Of a DNA stretch of 8,073 nt, positions 7,576 through 8,073 are shown one piece after another (the stretch's first letter is position 1; every line of letters starts with the position of its first letter). The notes under the pieces were generated by a model. That model did no database searches. It had not been told where the DNA came from and saw only the letters and a program-made list of their open reading frames with translations. Position numbers and translations under genes: made by a program. Source of the DNA: Paraspadella gotoi (lineage: Eukaryota; Animalia; Chaetognatha); assembly GCA_051294375.1 (NCBI GenBank), contig JBJCIZ010000026.1, positions 45,675-53,747 of the forward strand. Reading direction: 5' to 3'.

Positions 7576-8073
7576 TCATTTTCTTTTTGGTGTCGAATTC
7601 TTATTACTAAAAATTCCGACCTCCACTGTCGTTATCGTCGTCGTCATCGTCGTCATTGTCGTTATCGTCGTCGTCATCGTCCTTATCGTCGTCGTTGTCA
7701 TAGTTGACGTCATCGGCGTCATAGTTGTCGTCGTTTTTGTCGTCAACGTTGTCATTGTCAGCATCATCAATGTTATGGTCGGGTCGCTGTAGTCCACATC
7801 GTTGCTAATGTCAAAACTGGTTCGCACATCGACCTTGATCACGATTCTCACAGGTTTTTTAAAAGTTGTTGTCATTATCATTGTCGTCATTGACTCTCGA
7901 CTCTTACGCCAATTTCCTTTTTTTCCATTGTCGGAACAATTGTAGTCGTTGTTGTTGTCATCACCCTTGTGTTCGTCATCATCATTGTCATCGTGGTTGT
8001 TGTCAACGTCATAATCTTCGTCATCGTCGCCATTGTTCTCATGTTTGTCCTCATTGTCATCGTGTTCGTCAAC
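7576..8073 (-). CDS. 5'-partial low-complexity open frame (Asp/Asn-rich, then Thr/Met-rich); coding status doubtful
   Basis: The frame of the listed 7576..7890 ORF stays open to the window edge (166 codons including the stop): VDEHDDNEDKHENNGDDDEDYDVDNNHDDNDDDEHKGDDNNNDYNCSDNGKKGNWRKSRES-MTTMIMTTT... The triplet repeat alone can explain why it is open. Confidence 0.15.
   Translation of the reverse strand, partial: VDEHDDNEDKHENNGDDDEDYDVDNNHDDNDDDEHKGDDNNNDYNCSDNGKKGNWRKSRESMTTMIMTTTFKKPVRIVIKVDVRTSFDISNDVDYSDPTITLMMLTMTTLTTKTTTTMTPMTSTMTTTTIRTMTTTITTMTTMTTTITTVEVGIFSNKNSTPKRK
7627..8073 (+). repeat. Degenerate trinucleotide repeat (GTC/ATC/GTT; GAC/GAT/AAC on minus) with an internal 30-bp tandem duplication
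   Basis: Strong 3-nt periodicity, weaker at ~7775-7865 and ~7890-7940. The first 25 nt of 7627-7656 and 7657-7686 are identical. GTCATAGTTG recurs at 7697 and 7718. Confidence 0.9.

Larger units (their letters stand above)
7423..8073 (+). repeat. Right, compact arm of the large inverted repeat; runs off the window end
   Basis: Same anchors as the left arm. This copy is shorter and keeps clean triplet periodicity. Confidence 0.92.

Noticed and set aside
7627-7686. 30-bp repeat as a possible CRISPR repeat
   Set aside because: There are only two head-to-tail units made of triplets, with no spacers and no cas genes.
7149-7707. ORFs reading LSIYLSIY/SLSL and RRRHRRHCRY (protamine-like)
   Set aside because: They are direct translations of the GATA, GA and TCG microsatellites.
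5480-8073. Foldback transposon or MITE with long terminal inverted repeats
   Set aside because: No defined termini, target-site duplication or transposase are visible, and the arms differ by one-sided insertions rather than by substitutions.

Overview
This looks like eukaryotic draft-assembly sequence: microsatellite-rich, with two N gaps (524-735, 212 N; 864-888, 25 N) and no confidently identifiable gene, RNA gene, CRISPR array or transposase. The main structure is a large asymmetric fold-back. About 5480-6652 is a reverse-complement copy of 7423-8073, sharing two exact 22-mers and several shorter anchors, but it is inflated about 1.9-fold, mostly by insertions. Weaker short anchors suggest further degraded copies of alternating orientation back towards the 25-N gap, with a 13-nt PacBio SMRTbell-like motif at a possible second turning point near 5000. 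The simplest reading is that ~889-7260 is an uncorrected long read with unsplit passes used as gap fill, so the ORFs there should not be trusted. Cleaner-looking sequence lies at 1-523 and ~7260-8073. The first carries a palindrome next to a perfect DR1 element and a possible splice acceptor. The second carries GA/GATA repeats and a degenerate GAC/GAT/AAC triplet repeat forming a minus-strand frame open at the window edge. I find no supportable novel biological system; the strongest signal is probably an assembly artefact.
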